Shown: one piece after another, positions 8,875-19,800 of the stretch
Numbering within the stretch: the first letter of the stretch is position 1
How the letters are laid out: each line of letters begins with the position of its first letter
Origin: Dongiaceae bacterium
GTDB taxonomy: Bacteria; Pseudomonadota; Alphaproteobacteria; Dongiales; Dongiaceae
DNA: 55,459 bases
Direction of reading: 5' to 3'
NCBI GenBank assembly: GCA_040902645.1
Contig: JBBDWW010000005.1
Span: 1-55,459, forward strand
Program-made: the position numbers and the translations under genes
Notes under the pieces: generated by a model
The model's database searches: none
What the model saw: only the letters and a program-made list of their open reading frames with translations
What the model was told of the DNA's origin: nothing

Positions 8875-9129
8875 TCAGGGCGTCTGTTCTGCCTGCCATT
8901 CCTGCATCTGCTGCTGGGTCCGGGCGAGATGGCCCGGCGAACGCGCGCCGCAGCCGCAATCCTCGTCCGCCTCGCCATCGGACGGCCCAGCGGTATTCGC
9001 CTCTGTGACCACAGGAGGGGATGGTTCGGGCGGCGCCGTCTCAACGCTGTCGGCACCCCCGGCAAACGCCGCAGCCAGCGGCGCCAAGCCAATCAGCATT
9101 GCCATCGCAAAGGGGTGAAAATAGACCAT
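8875..9129 (-). CDS. small putative secreted protein (hypothetical)
   Basis: Track ORF of 84 aa. It has a signal-peptide-like N-terminus (MVYFHPFAMAMLIGLAPLAAAFA), a CGCG Cys pair and moderate GC3. There is no clear RBS. Confidence 0.35.
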   Translation of the reverse strand: MVYFHPFAMAMLIGLAPLAAAFAGGADSVETAPPEPSPPVVTEANTAGPSDGEADEDCGCGARSPGHLARTQQQMQEWQAEQTP

Positions 9130-9385
9130 GACACCAGCATAAGAGCCGCTTCTGCCGCGAGATAGGGCTCGCAGCAGCCCGGGCGGGTCTTGCCTTGCGG
9201 GCCGCCCAGGGGCCAGAATTGTGCAAATAAGAAGCGAAATTGGCAGGGTGGAAACGGTTTATCCGGCTGGTCGTGCCAACCGTCCTGCTTTCAATTCCCC
9301 AGAAAACTCCTCCGTGCGGCCGACGATGCCGTACGCCTGATGCAAAGTGAGGAACCGGGGATCGGGAAACTGCGTGGAGGCGACA

Positions 9386-10528
9386 ATGGAAACCAAACGG
9401 GACATCGAACGGTTCATCGACGAGATCAAATACGGCAGGCTCGGCCGCCGCGACATCATGCGCATCATGGCATCGATCGGACTCGCTTCGTTCATCCTGC
9501 CGACCGGCCGCACGGCCGCGCTCGCGCAGGAAGAACAGCCGATGCTCTACACTTGGGCCGGCTACGAAGTGCCCGAGATGCACAAGGAATATTTCGACAA
9601 ATACGGTGCCTCGCCGGATGCGACCGTCTGGGGTGACGAGGAAGAGGCCGAAATCAAGATGCGCTCGGGCTTCGAGCCCGACATGGTCATGCCCTGCTCG
9701 TACAAGGTGATGAAATGGAACGAGCTCGGCTTCCTGCGGCCGATCGATACGTCACGGCTCGAGCATTGGGACGAGATCATTCCCACGCTCTATAACGTGC
9801 CCGACACGGTGCTGGAAGGCCAGCGCATGTGGGTCCCGGCCTGGTGGGGCCTGACGTCCGTCACGTTCCGGACCGATCTCGCGCCCGAATATGTTCCAGC
9901 CGAAGCCCATACCTGGGGCATTCTCTGGGACGAGAAATATTCGGGACGTCTCTCGATGATCGACAGCCTGATCGACGGCGTGATGGTCGCGGCGATCTAT
10001 AGCGGCGCCGCCGATCCCTTCAACATGACGCCGGAAGAAATGGCGCGCTGCAAGGAGTACATGGAGCGGCAGAAGCCGCTGCTGCGTTTCTATTCCAGCG
10101 ACAACACCGGTTGGCAGCAGGCACTGGCAAGCGGCGAACTGGTGGCCGCGGGATCGTGGAACGATACGATCCTCAACCTCTCGAACCAGGGCATTCCCTC
10201 AATGTTCATGCAGCCAAAGGAAGGCGCGATGACCTGGACCTGCGGTCTTTCGATGACCAACTGGGTCACGCCCGAAAAAGAGGCGATCGTCTATGACCTG
10301 ATGAATGCCTATCTGAGTGTCGATACCGGGATCTATTGGGTCGACAGTTTCGGCATGGGCCATTCGAATAAACTTGTGTACGACCAGATCTCCGACGAAG
10401 ACCTGATCAAACGCGGCCTGACACCGGGCGATATCGAAGCCTATATCGCGGCCGGAGTTTTCCAGGCGACGATCAAGAACGAGCCCGAACTGCAGCAGAT
10501 GTACGAGGCGGTGAAAGCCGGCATCTGA
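9386..10528 (+). CDS. PotD/PotF-family polyamine ABC substrate-binding protein with a Tat-like signal
   Basis: Lies within the track ORF 9347..10528. ATG 9386 is preceded by GGAGG. The sequence reads METKRDIERFIDEIKYGRLGRRDIMRIMASIGLASFILPTGRTAALA, followed by a PotD-like body. Confidence 0.8.
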   Translation: METKRDIERFIDEIKYGRLGRRDIMRIMASIGLASFILPTGRTAALAQEEQPMLYTWAGYEVPEMHKEYFDKYGASPDATVWGDEEEAEIKMRSGFEPDMVMPCSYKVMKWNELGFLRPIDTSRLEHWDEIIPTLYNVPDTVLEGQRMWVPAWWGLTSVTFRTDLAPEYVPAEAHTWGILWDEKYSGRLSMIDSLIDGVMVAAIYSGAADPFNMTPEEMARCKEYMERQKPLLRFYSSDNTGWQQALASGELVAAGSWNDTILNLSNQGIPSMFMQPKEGAMTWTCGLSMTNWVTPEKEAIVYDLMNAYLSVDTGIYWVDSFGMGHSNKLVYDQISDEDLIKRGLTPGDIEAYIAAGVFQATIKNEPELQQMYEAVKAGI

Positions 10529-10560
10529 ACGCGCCGTCTGGCGGTCACGCCAAAGAAAAC

Positions 10561-10590
10561 GGGGGCGCCCTTAGCCGGGGCGCCCCCTTT
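10561..10590. terminator. bidirectional rho-independent terminator between convergent binding-protein genes
   Basis: Perfect 10-bp GC stem (GGGGGCGCCC / GGGCGCCCCC) with a 7-nt loop. It is flanked by an A-run upstream and TTTTCATTT downstream. A second 7-bp hairpin follows at 10599..10619. Confidence 0.7.
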
Positions 10591-10631
10591 TCATTTGAAC
10601 CCGGTCAACGCAACCGGGTCATTCCTGACCG

Positions 10632-11789
10632 TTACTTTTGCAGGTTGGTCCAGATCTTGTCGTAGAGCGCCGCAACGTCCGCACCGCAGGGCGGTACGAA
10701 TTCCGGCGCCGGCGCGTCTGCCGGCAGCTTGATTTCCGGTGCCGATGCGAACTCCGGATCGAGGAACGCCTCACTGCCCGCGATCCCGTTCGCATATTTT
10801 GCGAAATCGGAGATCAGGGCCGCGTTTTCGGGATCCATGATGAAGTTCTGGAACAGCTTGGCGTTCTCGACATTCGTCGCACCCTTCAGCACGACGACAT
10901 TGTCCATCCAGCCGGTGAACCCTTCCTTCGGATAGGCATAGGTCGACGTTGGCACATCAGAAAGTCGAACGCGCATCGCTGCACCGTTCCACTGCTGCGT
11001 GACGTCGACATCGCCCGCTGTCATCAATGCGATCGTGTCATACGACATGGTGCGCCAGCATTCCTTCGCCTTCACCAGCATGTCGTTCAGCTCGCGTAGC
11101 TGCTCCGGGTTGCTGTTGCAACGCGGATAGCCGAGATAGCGCAGGCCCGCGTTGAGGACGTCGTTCACGTCGAGCAGCATGTTGATCCGGCCGCAAAGCG
11201 CTTCCGGCGGTTCGAACAGGATCGCAAGCGTATTGATGTCGCCACTATACTTGGCGGTATCAACGGTAAACGACGTGGTGCCCCACTGCCATGGAACGCT
11301 GTAGTGGCGACCCGGATCCCAATAGACGTCCTTCCAGTTCGCTTCAACGTTCTGGAAGTTCGACATCTGGTCGGGGCGGGTTTCCTCGAGCATACCCTCT
11401 TCGATCATGATCGCGACCATATAGTCACCGGGCACGACGATGTCGTAGCCGTGACCGCCGGCCTTCACTTTGGCCAGCATGGTCTCGTTCGAATCGTAGG
11501 CGTCGAGCGTCACCTTGATATTGTGGGCTTCCTCGAACTTCGTGATCAGTTCGGGGTTGGTATAATTGCCCCAGTTATAGATGTGCAGCTCGCCGCCCGC
11601 GGGAATGGCCGCCTCTTCTTCGGCGGTTTCCGTAGCCTCTTCTTCGGCTGCCGGCGCTTCGGCGGTTTCTTCGGTGGTGGTCTCTTCTGTCTGGCTCTGC
11701 TCTTCCTGCTTCTCGTCGCAGGCCGACAATGTCAGAGCTGCAACAGCGACAAATACGACCATGTATTTGCGCCAGAATTCCAGCTTCAT
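10632..11789 (-). CDS. PotD/PotF-family polyamine ABC substrate-binding lipoprotein
   Basis: Track ORF of 385 aa. It has a lipobox (LTLSAC), an acidic Thr/Glu-rich linker and then HIYNWGNYTNPELI..., typical of spermidine/putrescine binding proteins. Confidence 0.85.
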   Translation of the reverse strand: MKLEFWRKYMVVFVAVAALTLSACDEKQEEQSQTEETTTEETAEAPAAEEEATETAEEEAAIPAGGELHIYNWGNYTNPELITKFEEAHNIKVTLDAYDSNETMLAKVKAGGHGYDIVVPGDYMVAIMIEEGMLEETRPDQMSNFQNVEANWKDVYWDPGRHYSVPWQWGTTSFTVDTAKYSGDINTLAILFEPPEALCGRINMLLDVNDVLNAGLRYLGYPRCNSNPEQLRELNDMLVKAKECWRTMSYDTIALMTAGDVDVTQQWNGAAMRVRLSDVPTSTYAYPKEGFTGWMDNVVVLKGATNVENAKLFQNFIMDPENAALISDFAKYANGIAGSEAFLDPEFASAPEIKLPADAPAPEFVPPCGADVAALYDKIWTNLQK

Positions 11790-12016
11790 GTTCCCCTCAC
11801 AGTGAGTTTCGGTAGTCTTGCCCCGGCATCTCGCCGCAGGGTTGCGGAGGCCGAACGCGGCCTCGTCGTCAGTCGATCATACTTCCCGAAAGCCGGTCAA
11901 TCGAGACGATTCGGCGGGCATTTCGAGACCGGATGCCGTCGTTTGGGACGGCCCCGATGGTCGATAGAGCGTTCCCGGGCGGGATAGCCGATCGATCCAT
12001 CGAGGCTCCCGACCCA

Positions 12017-12886
12017 TCAACGGCTGCGGCGGCTGATGAAATAAAACAACGTCACGAACAGGACCGAAACCGCCAGCACGATGGTCGAAATTGCATTGAT
12101 TTCGGGCGTCACCCCGCGCCGGATCGCGCATAAAATTAAAATCGGCAAAGTGGTCTCGCCGGGACCGGCGACGAACGCGGTGATGATGACGTCGTCGAAC
12201 GACACGATGAAAGCCAGCATCGCACCCGCGACGATGCCCGGAATCAGGAGCGGCAGGGTTACCCGTTTAAAGGTCTGCCAGGGGGTCGCATAGAGGTCGG
12301 CTGCTGCCTGTTCGAGAGTGAGGTCCATATCCTCGAGCCGCGCCCGGATCGGCATATAGGCAAAGGGGATACAGAAAACCGTGTGCGCAATGATCAGATT
12401 GCCGAACCCGAAATAGACGCCCAGCTCGGTTCGCAGCAGCGCGAAGAACGAGAGCGTCGCCACCGCCGTCACGATCTCGGGCACGACCAAAGGCTGGTTG
12501 ATCACGAGATAGGCCGCTGTCATGCCGCGATAGGCGCGCGTCCGGGTCGTTGCGAGCGCCGCCGCCGTTGCGATCACCGTCGATACCACCGTGGCAACAC
12601 CCGCCAGCTTCAGCGATACCCAGGTCGCGTCGCGGATACCTTCGTTCTGGAACGCGGCGTGATACCAGTCGAAGCTGAACTCGGTCCACACCGCGACCGA
12701 GCGGTTTTCGTTGAACGAAAATATGATCAGCACGACGATCGGCGCATAGAGCATTACAAGGCAGAGAATCGCCAGCGTGCCGAAACCCGGCTGGTAGCGG
12801 AGGTTGAGATAGCGCGGCAGGCGCCGGCGGCGGATGGCGAGGTCAGCCATGAGCGCGGGCCTTCCCGCCGGTGCTCGTCCGGACAT
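12017..12886 (-). CDS. polyamine ABC transporter permease (PotC/PotI-like)
   Basis: Track ORF of 289 aa, a polytopic permease with an EAA-loop-type motif (LEQAAADLYATPWQTFKRVTLPLLIPG). Confidence 0.85.
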   Translation of the reverse strand: MSGRAPAGRPALMADLAIRRRRLPRYLNLRYQPGFGTLAILCLVMLYAPIVVLIIFSFNENRSVAVWTEFSFDWYHAAFQNEGIRDATWVSLKLAGVATVVSTVIATAAALATTRTRAYRGMTAAYLVINQPLVVPEIVTAVATLSFFALLRTELGVYFGFGNLIIAHTVFCIPFAYMPIRARLEDMDLTLEQAAADLYATPWQTFKRVTLPLLIPGIVAGAMLAFIVSFDDVIITAFVAGPGETTLPILILCAIRRGVTPEINAISTIVLAVSVLFVTLFYFISRRSR

Positions 12887-13820
12887 AGAACATCAGCGTA
12901 ATCATCACGAAAGCCATCAGGATGAGTGCCGCTGCCGAGCCGAAGGGCCAGTTGCGCGAGCTGCCGAACTGCAACGAAATCAGATTGCCGATCATCAGGT
13001 TCTTGCCGCCGCCGAGCATGATCGGCGTGATGAATGCGCCGAGTGCGGGAATGAACACCAGGATGCAGCCGGCGATGATGCCGGGCTTCGCGAGGGGAAT
13101 GATGATCCGCCGCAGCACGCGATAGCGGCTGGCATAGAGATCGAACCCGGCCTCGACCAGGCGGAAATCGAGCTTTTCGAGACTGGCGTAGATCGGCAGC
13201 ACCATGAAAGGCAGATAGCTGTAAATCAGTCCGAGCCCGACTGCGAAGTCGGTGTAGAGCATGACCAAAGGCTGGTCGATGATCCCGAGCTTCTGCAGCG
13301 CGATATTTATCAACCCCTCGTCCCGGATGATGATCAGCATCGAATAAGTGCGAATCAACAAATTTGTCCAGAACGGCAGGGTGAAGAGAAAGACCCAGAG
13401 ATTGCGGGTTTCCGGCGGTCGCGTCGCCATGAAATAGGCGGCAGGGAAACCGAACAGCAGTGCAGCGATGGTCGAATAGATCGCCAGCAGGAACGAGCGG
13501 CCGTAGATCTGGAGATAGGCGGTGTTAAAGACGCGGATCGATTCCTCGAAAATGTCGCGCTCAAACAGGAACTGGACATAGGCGTCGGTCGAGAATTCCC
13601 ATTTTACGCCGGCATAATCGTCCGGAGACAGAAACGAATACATCACGATGATGAAGAGCGGGCAGATCCCGAAAATGATGATCGCCAGCAATGCCGGGCT
13701 CAGCAGCAGCCATCGTCGGCGGCGCTGCTGGGCCTCCTGCTCGTCGAGATTGATGCCGGCACGCTGCATCGCGATCGCACGATCGGCGCCGGTCGGAAAG
13801 ATATCGGCGGCCCGGGCCAT
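12843..13820 (-). CDS. polyamine ABC transporter permease (PotB/PotH-like)
   Basis: Track ORF of 325 aa, a permease with the motif LVEAGFDLYASRYRVLRRIIIPLAKPG. Its 3' end overlaps the next gene's start, though the true downstream start may be internal. Confidence 0.85.
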   Translation of the reverse strand: MARAADIFPTGADRAIAMQRAGINLDEQEAQQRRRRWLLLSPALLAIIIFGICPLFIIVMYSFLSPDDYAGVKWEFSTDAYVQFLFERDIFEESIRVFNTAYLQIYGRSFLLAIYSTIAALLFGFPAAYFMATRPPETRNLWVFLFTLPFWTNLLIRTYSMLIIIRDEGLINIALQKLGIIDQPLVMLYTDFAVGLGLIYSYLPFMVLPIYASLEKLDFRLVEAGFDLYASRYRVLRRIIIPLAKPGIIAGCILVFIPALGAFITPIMLGGGKNLMIGNLISLQFGSSRNWPFGSAAALILMAFVMITLMFYVRTSTGGKARAHG

Positions 13821-13827
13821 TGCGGCG

Positions 13828-14916
13828 TCAGTCTATCAGCATGCGGGCAGCACCGGTCGGCACTTCGATTGACACGCTGTCGCCGACCTGGAATCGCTGG
13901 TGACCGTCGAGCGCATTCTGGACCCGAACCTCGAGCCGCGACGTATCGGCTAGTTCCACGACATAGTTGGTGTCGGTACCGACATAAGTCGCCTGGACGA
14001 CTTTGGCGCCCGACAGCGCATCGGTTTTCGCAAGCCGGATCTTTTCAGGTCGCAGCGCGAGCGTCACGTCGTTGCCGGGCAGCACATCCGCGATCGCGAC
14101 CACATCGAATTCGAGCCCGCTATCGCTGCGGCAACGCGCCTTGCCGTTCTCGATCGTGACGACGCGCGCCAGGACGAAGTTGGTATCGCCGATGAAATCG
14201 GCCACGAACCGGTTAACCGGCTGTTCGTAGATTTCATGCGGCCCGCCGAGCTGCTGGATGCGGCCCTGACTCATGACCGCGAGCCGGTCCGACATGGTCA
14301 GCGCTTCTTCCTGATCGTGCGTCACGAAGATGAAGGTGATGCCGGTCTGCTGCTGGATATTCTTGAGCTCGACGCGCATGCCCTGGCGGAGCTTGAGATC
14401 GAGAGCCGATAGCGGCTCGTCCAGCAGCAATACTTTCGGCCGGTTGGCGAGCGCGCGGGCGAGCGCCACGCGCTGCTGCTGGCCGCCCGAAAGCTGCGAG
14501 GGCCGGCGGTTGCCATAGCCGGCGAGCTGTACCAGACCCAGCATTTCGTCGACCGTCGGATTGATCGTCGAAGAATCGACGCGCCGCATTTCGAGACCGA
14601 AAGCGATGTTCTGGCGGACCGTCATGTGCGGAAACAGTGCATAAGACTGGAAGACCGTGTTGACCAGACGCTTGTTCGGTGGGAGATGACCGACCGGCTC
14701 GCCTTCGAGCAGAATTTCGCCGGCGGTCGGCAGTTCGAACCCCGCAATCAGACGCAGCAATGTCGTCTTGCCGCAGCCCGAGGGGCCGAGCAGCGTAAAA
14801 AACTCATTTTCCCGGATCTCGATCGACACGTCGTCGAGGGCCCGCACCGCATCGGGGCCATGGCCGAAAATTTTTGTAACGCCGCGCGCCTCAACGGCGG
14901 AACGTTCTGTCGCCAC
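13828..14916 (-). CDS. polyamine ABC transporter ATP-binding protein (PotA/PotG-like)
   Basis: Track ORF of 362 aa. It has Walker A (GPSGCGKTT), the signature [15 protein letters not shown], Walker B (LLLDEP) and a C-terminal TOBE-like domain. Confidence 0.9.
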   Translation of the reverse strand: MATERSAVEARGVTKIFGHGPDAVRALDDVSIEIRENEFFTLLGPSGCGKTTLLRLIAGFELPTAGEILLEGEPVGHLPPNKRLVNTVFQSYALFPHMTVRQNIAFGLEMRRVDSSTINPTVDEMLGLVQLAGYGNRRPSQLSGGQQQRVALARALANRPKVLLLDEPLSALDLKLRQGMRVELKNIQQQTGITFIFVTHDQEEALTMSDRLAVMSQGRIQQLGGPHEIYEQPVNRFVADFIGDTNFVLARVVTIENGKARCRSDSGLEFDVVAIADVLPGNDVTLALRPEKIRLAKTDALSGAKVVQATYVGTDTNYVVELADTSRLEVRVQNALDGHQRFQVGDSVSIEVPTGAARMLID

Positions 14917-15010
14917 GCCCCATATCCCCCTGCCGGTTCGCGCGACTCTATGGGAACGTCCCGGGCGGGCTCAAGCCCCGTGCCGGAAGGGGCCGCAACG
15001 CCCCGTTGCT

Positions 15011-16171
15011 TCAGGCCAGCCGGTCGACGGTCACGAAGCGGTTCGGCAGGAACCCGTTGAAGCCGGTACGAAGCGCGACGGCATAGGCACCCAGCCGATC
15101 GATCCGCACGTAATCGCCGGTCCGGACATCCACCGGCAGCTCGAACTCGTAGGGCAAGGTATCGAGATTGTCGCAGGTCGGACCGTAGACGCGAAAACCC
15201 CTGGTGTCATTCGCCGCCGGACCGTCCGGCCGGATCAGCGCGATCGGCCAGCGAATGCCGATCGTCGCTCCGATCAGGCTGCCATAGATCCCGTCATTGA
15301 GATGGATTGCTTCGCCGGTCGCGAGTTCGACGCGCGCGATCAGCGACATCGCCGGTGCAACGAGAGCGCGGCCGGGCTCGCACATCAGAATGCAATCGGC
15401 GGGCAACGCGAGCTTTGCAACGCCCCTGGCGATCACGTCGATGAAAGTCTCGAGCGGCGGCGGCGTTTCGCCTACATAGGCCGCCGGAAATCCGCCGCCG
15501 ACATCGAGGCAACGGATCGCAACACCCGATTGACGCAAGACCGTGCCGACCAGATCGAGCGCCAGCGTCCAGGCTTCGGGATCGAGACATTGCGAGCCGA
15601 CATGAAAGCAAAGGCCCGGCTGGAATCCCGCGTCGACCAGCGCGCGCAACAACGACACCGTCTTGTCCGGCGTTGCGCCGAACTTGGCCGAGAGATTGAA
15701 CTTGGCACCTTTGCTCGGCGTTGCGAGACGAACCAGCGTCACTGTCTCGCGCCGATCGTTACCCAGCACCGCGATCATCTTGTCGATCTCGGCGGCGTGA
15801 TCGATCACGTAATGCCGGACACCGAATTCATCGAACGCCCGCCGGATCGCCTGCGGCGACTTGACCGGATGCATGAAATGGCCCTGCACACCGGGAAAAC
15901 GCCGGCCGACCAGCTCAATCTCGGCGATCGACGCGGTATCGAAATGTCGGATCCCGCCTTGGTACAAAGCGTCGAGCACGAAGGGCAATGGATTACATTT
16001 CACGGCGTAGAGCACATGGCCCGGGAACAGCGACACGAAGCGTTGCGCCGCCCCGACCAGCGACGGACGGTCGATGCAATAGACCGGTTCGTCGGGCCGC
16101 CAGGCGGCGACCATCTCGGCCGGCGAGCGAAAATGGGGAAAATCGTCACTCACCCCGGCTACTTGCCGCAA
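15011..16171 (-). CDS. type III PLP-dependent decarboxylase (ornithine/lysine/arginine decarboxylase family)
   Basis: Track ORF of 386 aa. It has YAVKCN (PLP lysine), GGGFP and CEPGRALV motifs plus the C-terminal beta domain. The start is uncertain, either TTG 16171 or GTG 16153. Confidence 0.8.
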   Translation of the reverse strand: MRQVAGVSDDFPHFRSPAEMVAAWRPDEPVYCIDRPSLVGAAQRFVSLFPGHVLYAVKCNPLPFVLDALYQGGIRHFDTASIAEIELVGRRFPGVQGHFMHPVKSPQAIRRAFDEFGVRHYVIDHAAEIDKMIAVLGNDRRETVTLVRLATPSKGAKFNLSAKFGATPDKTVSLLRALVDAGFQPGLCFHVGSQCLDPEAWTLALDLVGTVLRQSGVAIRCLDVGGGFPAAYVGETPPPLETFIDVIARGVAKLALPADCILMCEPGRALVAPAMSLIARVELATGEAIHLNDGIYGSLIGATIGIRWPIALIRPDGPAANDTRGFRVYGPTCDNLDTLPYEFELPVDVRTGDYVRIDRLGAYAVALRTGFNGFLPNRFVTVDRLA

Positions 16172-16217
16172 TCAAACGGCGAAGTAAAGTCCCGGCCTTA
16201 TCGCCCCGGCAGACACT

Positions 16218-16679
16218 CTATTTGCAGAGATAGTTCTCGAGGCATACGAGCGAACTCTCCCAACCCTGGGCATGTTCGTCACGGGATTCCAGCGTGTCGA
16301 ACACCGATTGCGTGAGCTTGACCTGGGTGCCCTTGGCATGATCGCGTAATTCGACCGTCACCGTAGTTTCAATGCCGCGCCGGCCTTCCGTCTCCCAACC
16401 CCACGTAAAGACGAGCCGTTCGTTCGGGGTGATCTCCTGAAACTCGCCACTCACCACATGCTCCTCACCTTCGTTCGAGCGCAAGAACAGGCGATAGCGG
16501 CCGCCCGGCCGCAGATCGAGCTCGCAGCGCTCGACTTTATAGTTCTCCGGCCCCATCCAGGCCGCGTAGCAATCGCGATCGGTAAAAGCGCGCCAGACCG
16601 CGTCGCGCGGCGCCGCGACATTGCGGATGATCTTTAAGGTGCGATCGACGGATTCGGTGGCATCGGCGATGGCAATCAT
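16218..16679 (-). CDS. SRPBCC / AHSA1-like domain protein
   Basis: Track ORF of 153 aa. The pattern VWRAFTD...W.GP...V..CELDLRPGGRYR...GE.HVVSGEFQEI.PNERLVFTW is typical of Aha1-like SRPBCC proteins. Confidence 0.7.
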   Translation of the reverse strand: MIAIADATESVDRTLKIIRNVAAPRDAVWRAFTDRDCYAAWMGPENYKVERCELDLRPGGRYRLFLRSNEGEEHVVSGEFQEITPNERLVFTWGWETEGRRGIETTVTVELRDHAKGTQVKLTQSVFDTLESRDEHAQGWESSLVCLENYLCK

Positions 16680-16861
16680 CGGGTTCCTCCCCTGTCGATT
16701 CTACCTCAGCCTCCATATGGGGAGGGGGAAGACGGAATGCGCCCCCATCCAACCGCTCTCCCCAGCCCCCGATCCGACAAAGGGGCCGGATAAACGGGCG
16801 TCACATAAATGACATTGGGGTGCGCGGGTTGCGGATAAGCCGGACAGGCTCCGATCGGAAC

Positions 16862-19800
16862 TCAGAAACGGGTTCCGAAACCCCCAGCCTTCGCCCCGGG
16901 GGCGCCCTCCGGCTCGGGGAAGGTCAAGAAGATGCCGCAGGATTCCATGTCGAACTGCACGGCGCGCATGCGCGCGGCCGCTGGCGCATTCGGGTTGCGA
17001 TACCAGCCGGCAATCGCACGCGCACGTTCGGCCAGCATCGAATGCAATCGCGGCGGCTGACCTTCCGGCCTGAACCGGAGAAACCGTTCGGTGAGCCCGT
17101 CGACCGCCGACCAGTTCTTCTCCTCCAACCGAATCTCAATCGCGACCCGATAAAACCAGGGAACATTATGGGCCAGCGACTCGGCCAGCCGTGCCTCGCC
17201 TTCCTCCAGGAACCGGGTGCGCTCCGCTTCATCGTCGGCTGCCATTGCCGAATGGGCGCAACTAGACGGGCCGACGAATCCGAAGCCGGTTTCCTTGACG
17301 AGCGTGTTTGCTCGCGCACACAGTTCCTGTGCCAGCGCGCGGTTGCCCTCGAAATACTCGCATTCCGCACGCACGAGAAGAAACTGGGCCTCATATCGTT
17401 TTGCGCCCACTTTCGTGGCGAGCGCCATCCCCTGCTCGAGTGCCGGTTCCGTCGCGGTACAATTTCCACTCAGAGAGAGGCCCACACTGAGCGATACAAA
17501 GCCGAACACTTCGGCATAGGAATCATGCAAGGGCAGCGTCTTTTCGACCGCCTGGCGCATAAGCGCGATCGCGTCGGAAAACTTGGCCGAATAGGTGAGA
17601 CAATGCCCCCACATCAGCCGGTTCGGTTCGGCGATCCGAATCCGGTTGACGCTTTCCGCGAGGTCGACGCAGCGACGGAATGATTCAGCGGCGGCGATCC
17701 ATCGTCCGACTGCATAATCGGCATCGCCGAGTCCGCTCCACGCCATTGCTTCGAGCACCGGATCGGCGCGGCGGCGGGCGATCTCCAGCGCCGCCTCGTG
17801 CGCGCGGCGGCAAAGATCGGCCTGACCTAAGGCGAAATGCAGATTGCCGCGCAGATGGTGCATACGCCCGCGCACCGCGTCGTCGCCGGCATGGGCCAGC
17901 GGCTCAGCGCGGCCGAGGATGGCCAGCGCTGCTGCGCTTTCGCCGAGCAAACGCAAAGCGGCGGCCTGGCCGACCAGAGCCCGCAACTGCACCGAGTCAT
18001 CGCGCGAAAGCTCGTACGCCGCCTCACAGCATTCCAGGGCCGTACTGCCTTGGCCCAGATCGTGCAACAGCTCGCCCTCCTTGAGCTTGAGGGTTGCCTG
18101 CATCGCCGGGTTGCTCGCAACCAGACCGCCACGTCGCGCGAGCAACATGGCTTCCTCCGGCTTGAACGCGGTCTCACAAAATTCTGCTGCCCGAAGATAG
18201 GCCTGCGCTGCCGCGGGATCCTCGGCGCGTTCGAGATGCTCCGCATGGAGCGCCGGGTCGCGCTCCGTATACCAGGTTGCGATTCGTCCATGGATCTCAT
18301 GCCGGCGCGCTCGCAACATCGACGCGTTGATACCGTCGCGAATGAGCGCGTGCGCGAACATATAACCTTCGCCTTCGCGTCGCAGGAACAACTCGTCGAC
18401 CAGCACGCTACATTGTCGATCGGCGTCATCGTGCAAAGCACGGAGCAACTCGAAGGGAAATCGTTGCCCGATCGCGGCGGCCGTCTGCAATACGGAACGC
18501 GCCGGCGGATCGAGCCGGTCCATGCGCGCCTGCACCAGACTTTGCACCGTGCCCGGCAGATTGCCGGCAGCGGTTCCCGCGCTCTTGAGGAGTTGCACCA
18601 GAAACAGGGGATTGCCCTCGGCGCGTGCAATGCAATTTGCGATGATTCCATCGGGCGCGGAAGCGATTGCCCCGGCCAGTGCCGCCGCTTCGCCCTGTCG
18701 CAGCGGCGGCAGGTCCACGATCAGAATCGCCGCATCACGCGCCGCGGAGCGCCAGGCGCGATCGAATGGATCGCCCTCGAGTCGCGTCGTCATGATCAGC
18801 ATGCCAGGGCACTCCGACAATCCCCGAGCAAGCCGGGCCAACGCGGCCAATGTCGTAGCATTCGCCCAGTGCACGTCCTCGACCACGACGAGCAAAGGCT
18901 GTCGCCGCCGTGCAAAGCGGCGGCACATGCGGGCGACGGTGCGGCTTCGACCATCCGCGCGCACGCGCGGCGCCATCGCATCGTAGACAGCCTGCAATTC
19001 CGGCGGCTGCGGAAGATTGAACAGGTCGTTGAGAAAGCCTGCTTCTTCGGTATCAGCCAATCCTTCGGCAATGGCCCGCGCAACCGCTCGTTCGCGATCG
19101 ACCGCCGGCGCATTAGAATCGACCGCCAGCAGCGCATGCGCGATTTGTCGAATCGGATCCGCGCCGGAGGCCGCACCGAAATCGAGCGCATGGGCGATGA
19201 TCCCATGAAATCCTGAATCGGCAGCCTTGCGAAGAAGTTCTTCGATCAGGCGTGTCTTGCCCATCCCGGCTTCGCCGCGAACCACCAAAGCCTGGCCGTA
19301 GCCGCTAACACTGCAGCTCTCGAGCGCTCCAGTCAGCTGCGCGAGTTGGGCGGCACGGCCGATAAACGGTGCCGACTCGCCGGTGCCGCGCTCTCCGGCG
19401 AGCGCGGTCAGGCGCCAGACCGGAAGGTCGTCGACAAACCCCTTCAGCGATTGGAGACCGATCGGCTCGACAATCGCATTGCCGGCGAGGGTCGTCTCGA
19501 TCATCTGATCGATCAGGATTTCCCCGGGTGCCGCGCGTGCCTGCAGGCGCGCCGCCAGATTCACCGCCTCGCCGGTTACCGTGTACTCGCGATGATGCGC
19601 ACTGCCGGTCGAATCCGCGACGACCGCACCGGCCGCGAGACCGATGCGAATCCGGATCGGCTCGACCTCGGCATCCAACGCGGCAAACGCACTCTGGATC
19701 TGCAGAGCCGCCGCGGCCGCGCGTCGCGTGTCGTTGCCATGAGCAATAGGCGCGCCGAAGACAGCCATGACCGCGTCGCCGATATGCTTGTCGACATGGC

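Noticed and set aside
9241-9257. TGGCAG... string upstream of the Tat-signal binding protein, considered as a sigma-54 promoter
   Set aside because: No GC dinucleotide lies at the required spacing from the GG, and there is no TTGC -12 element. It does not fit TGGCAC-N5-TTGC.
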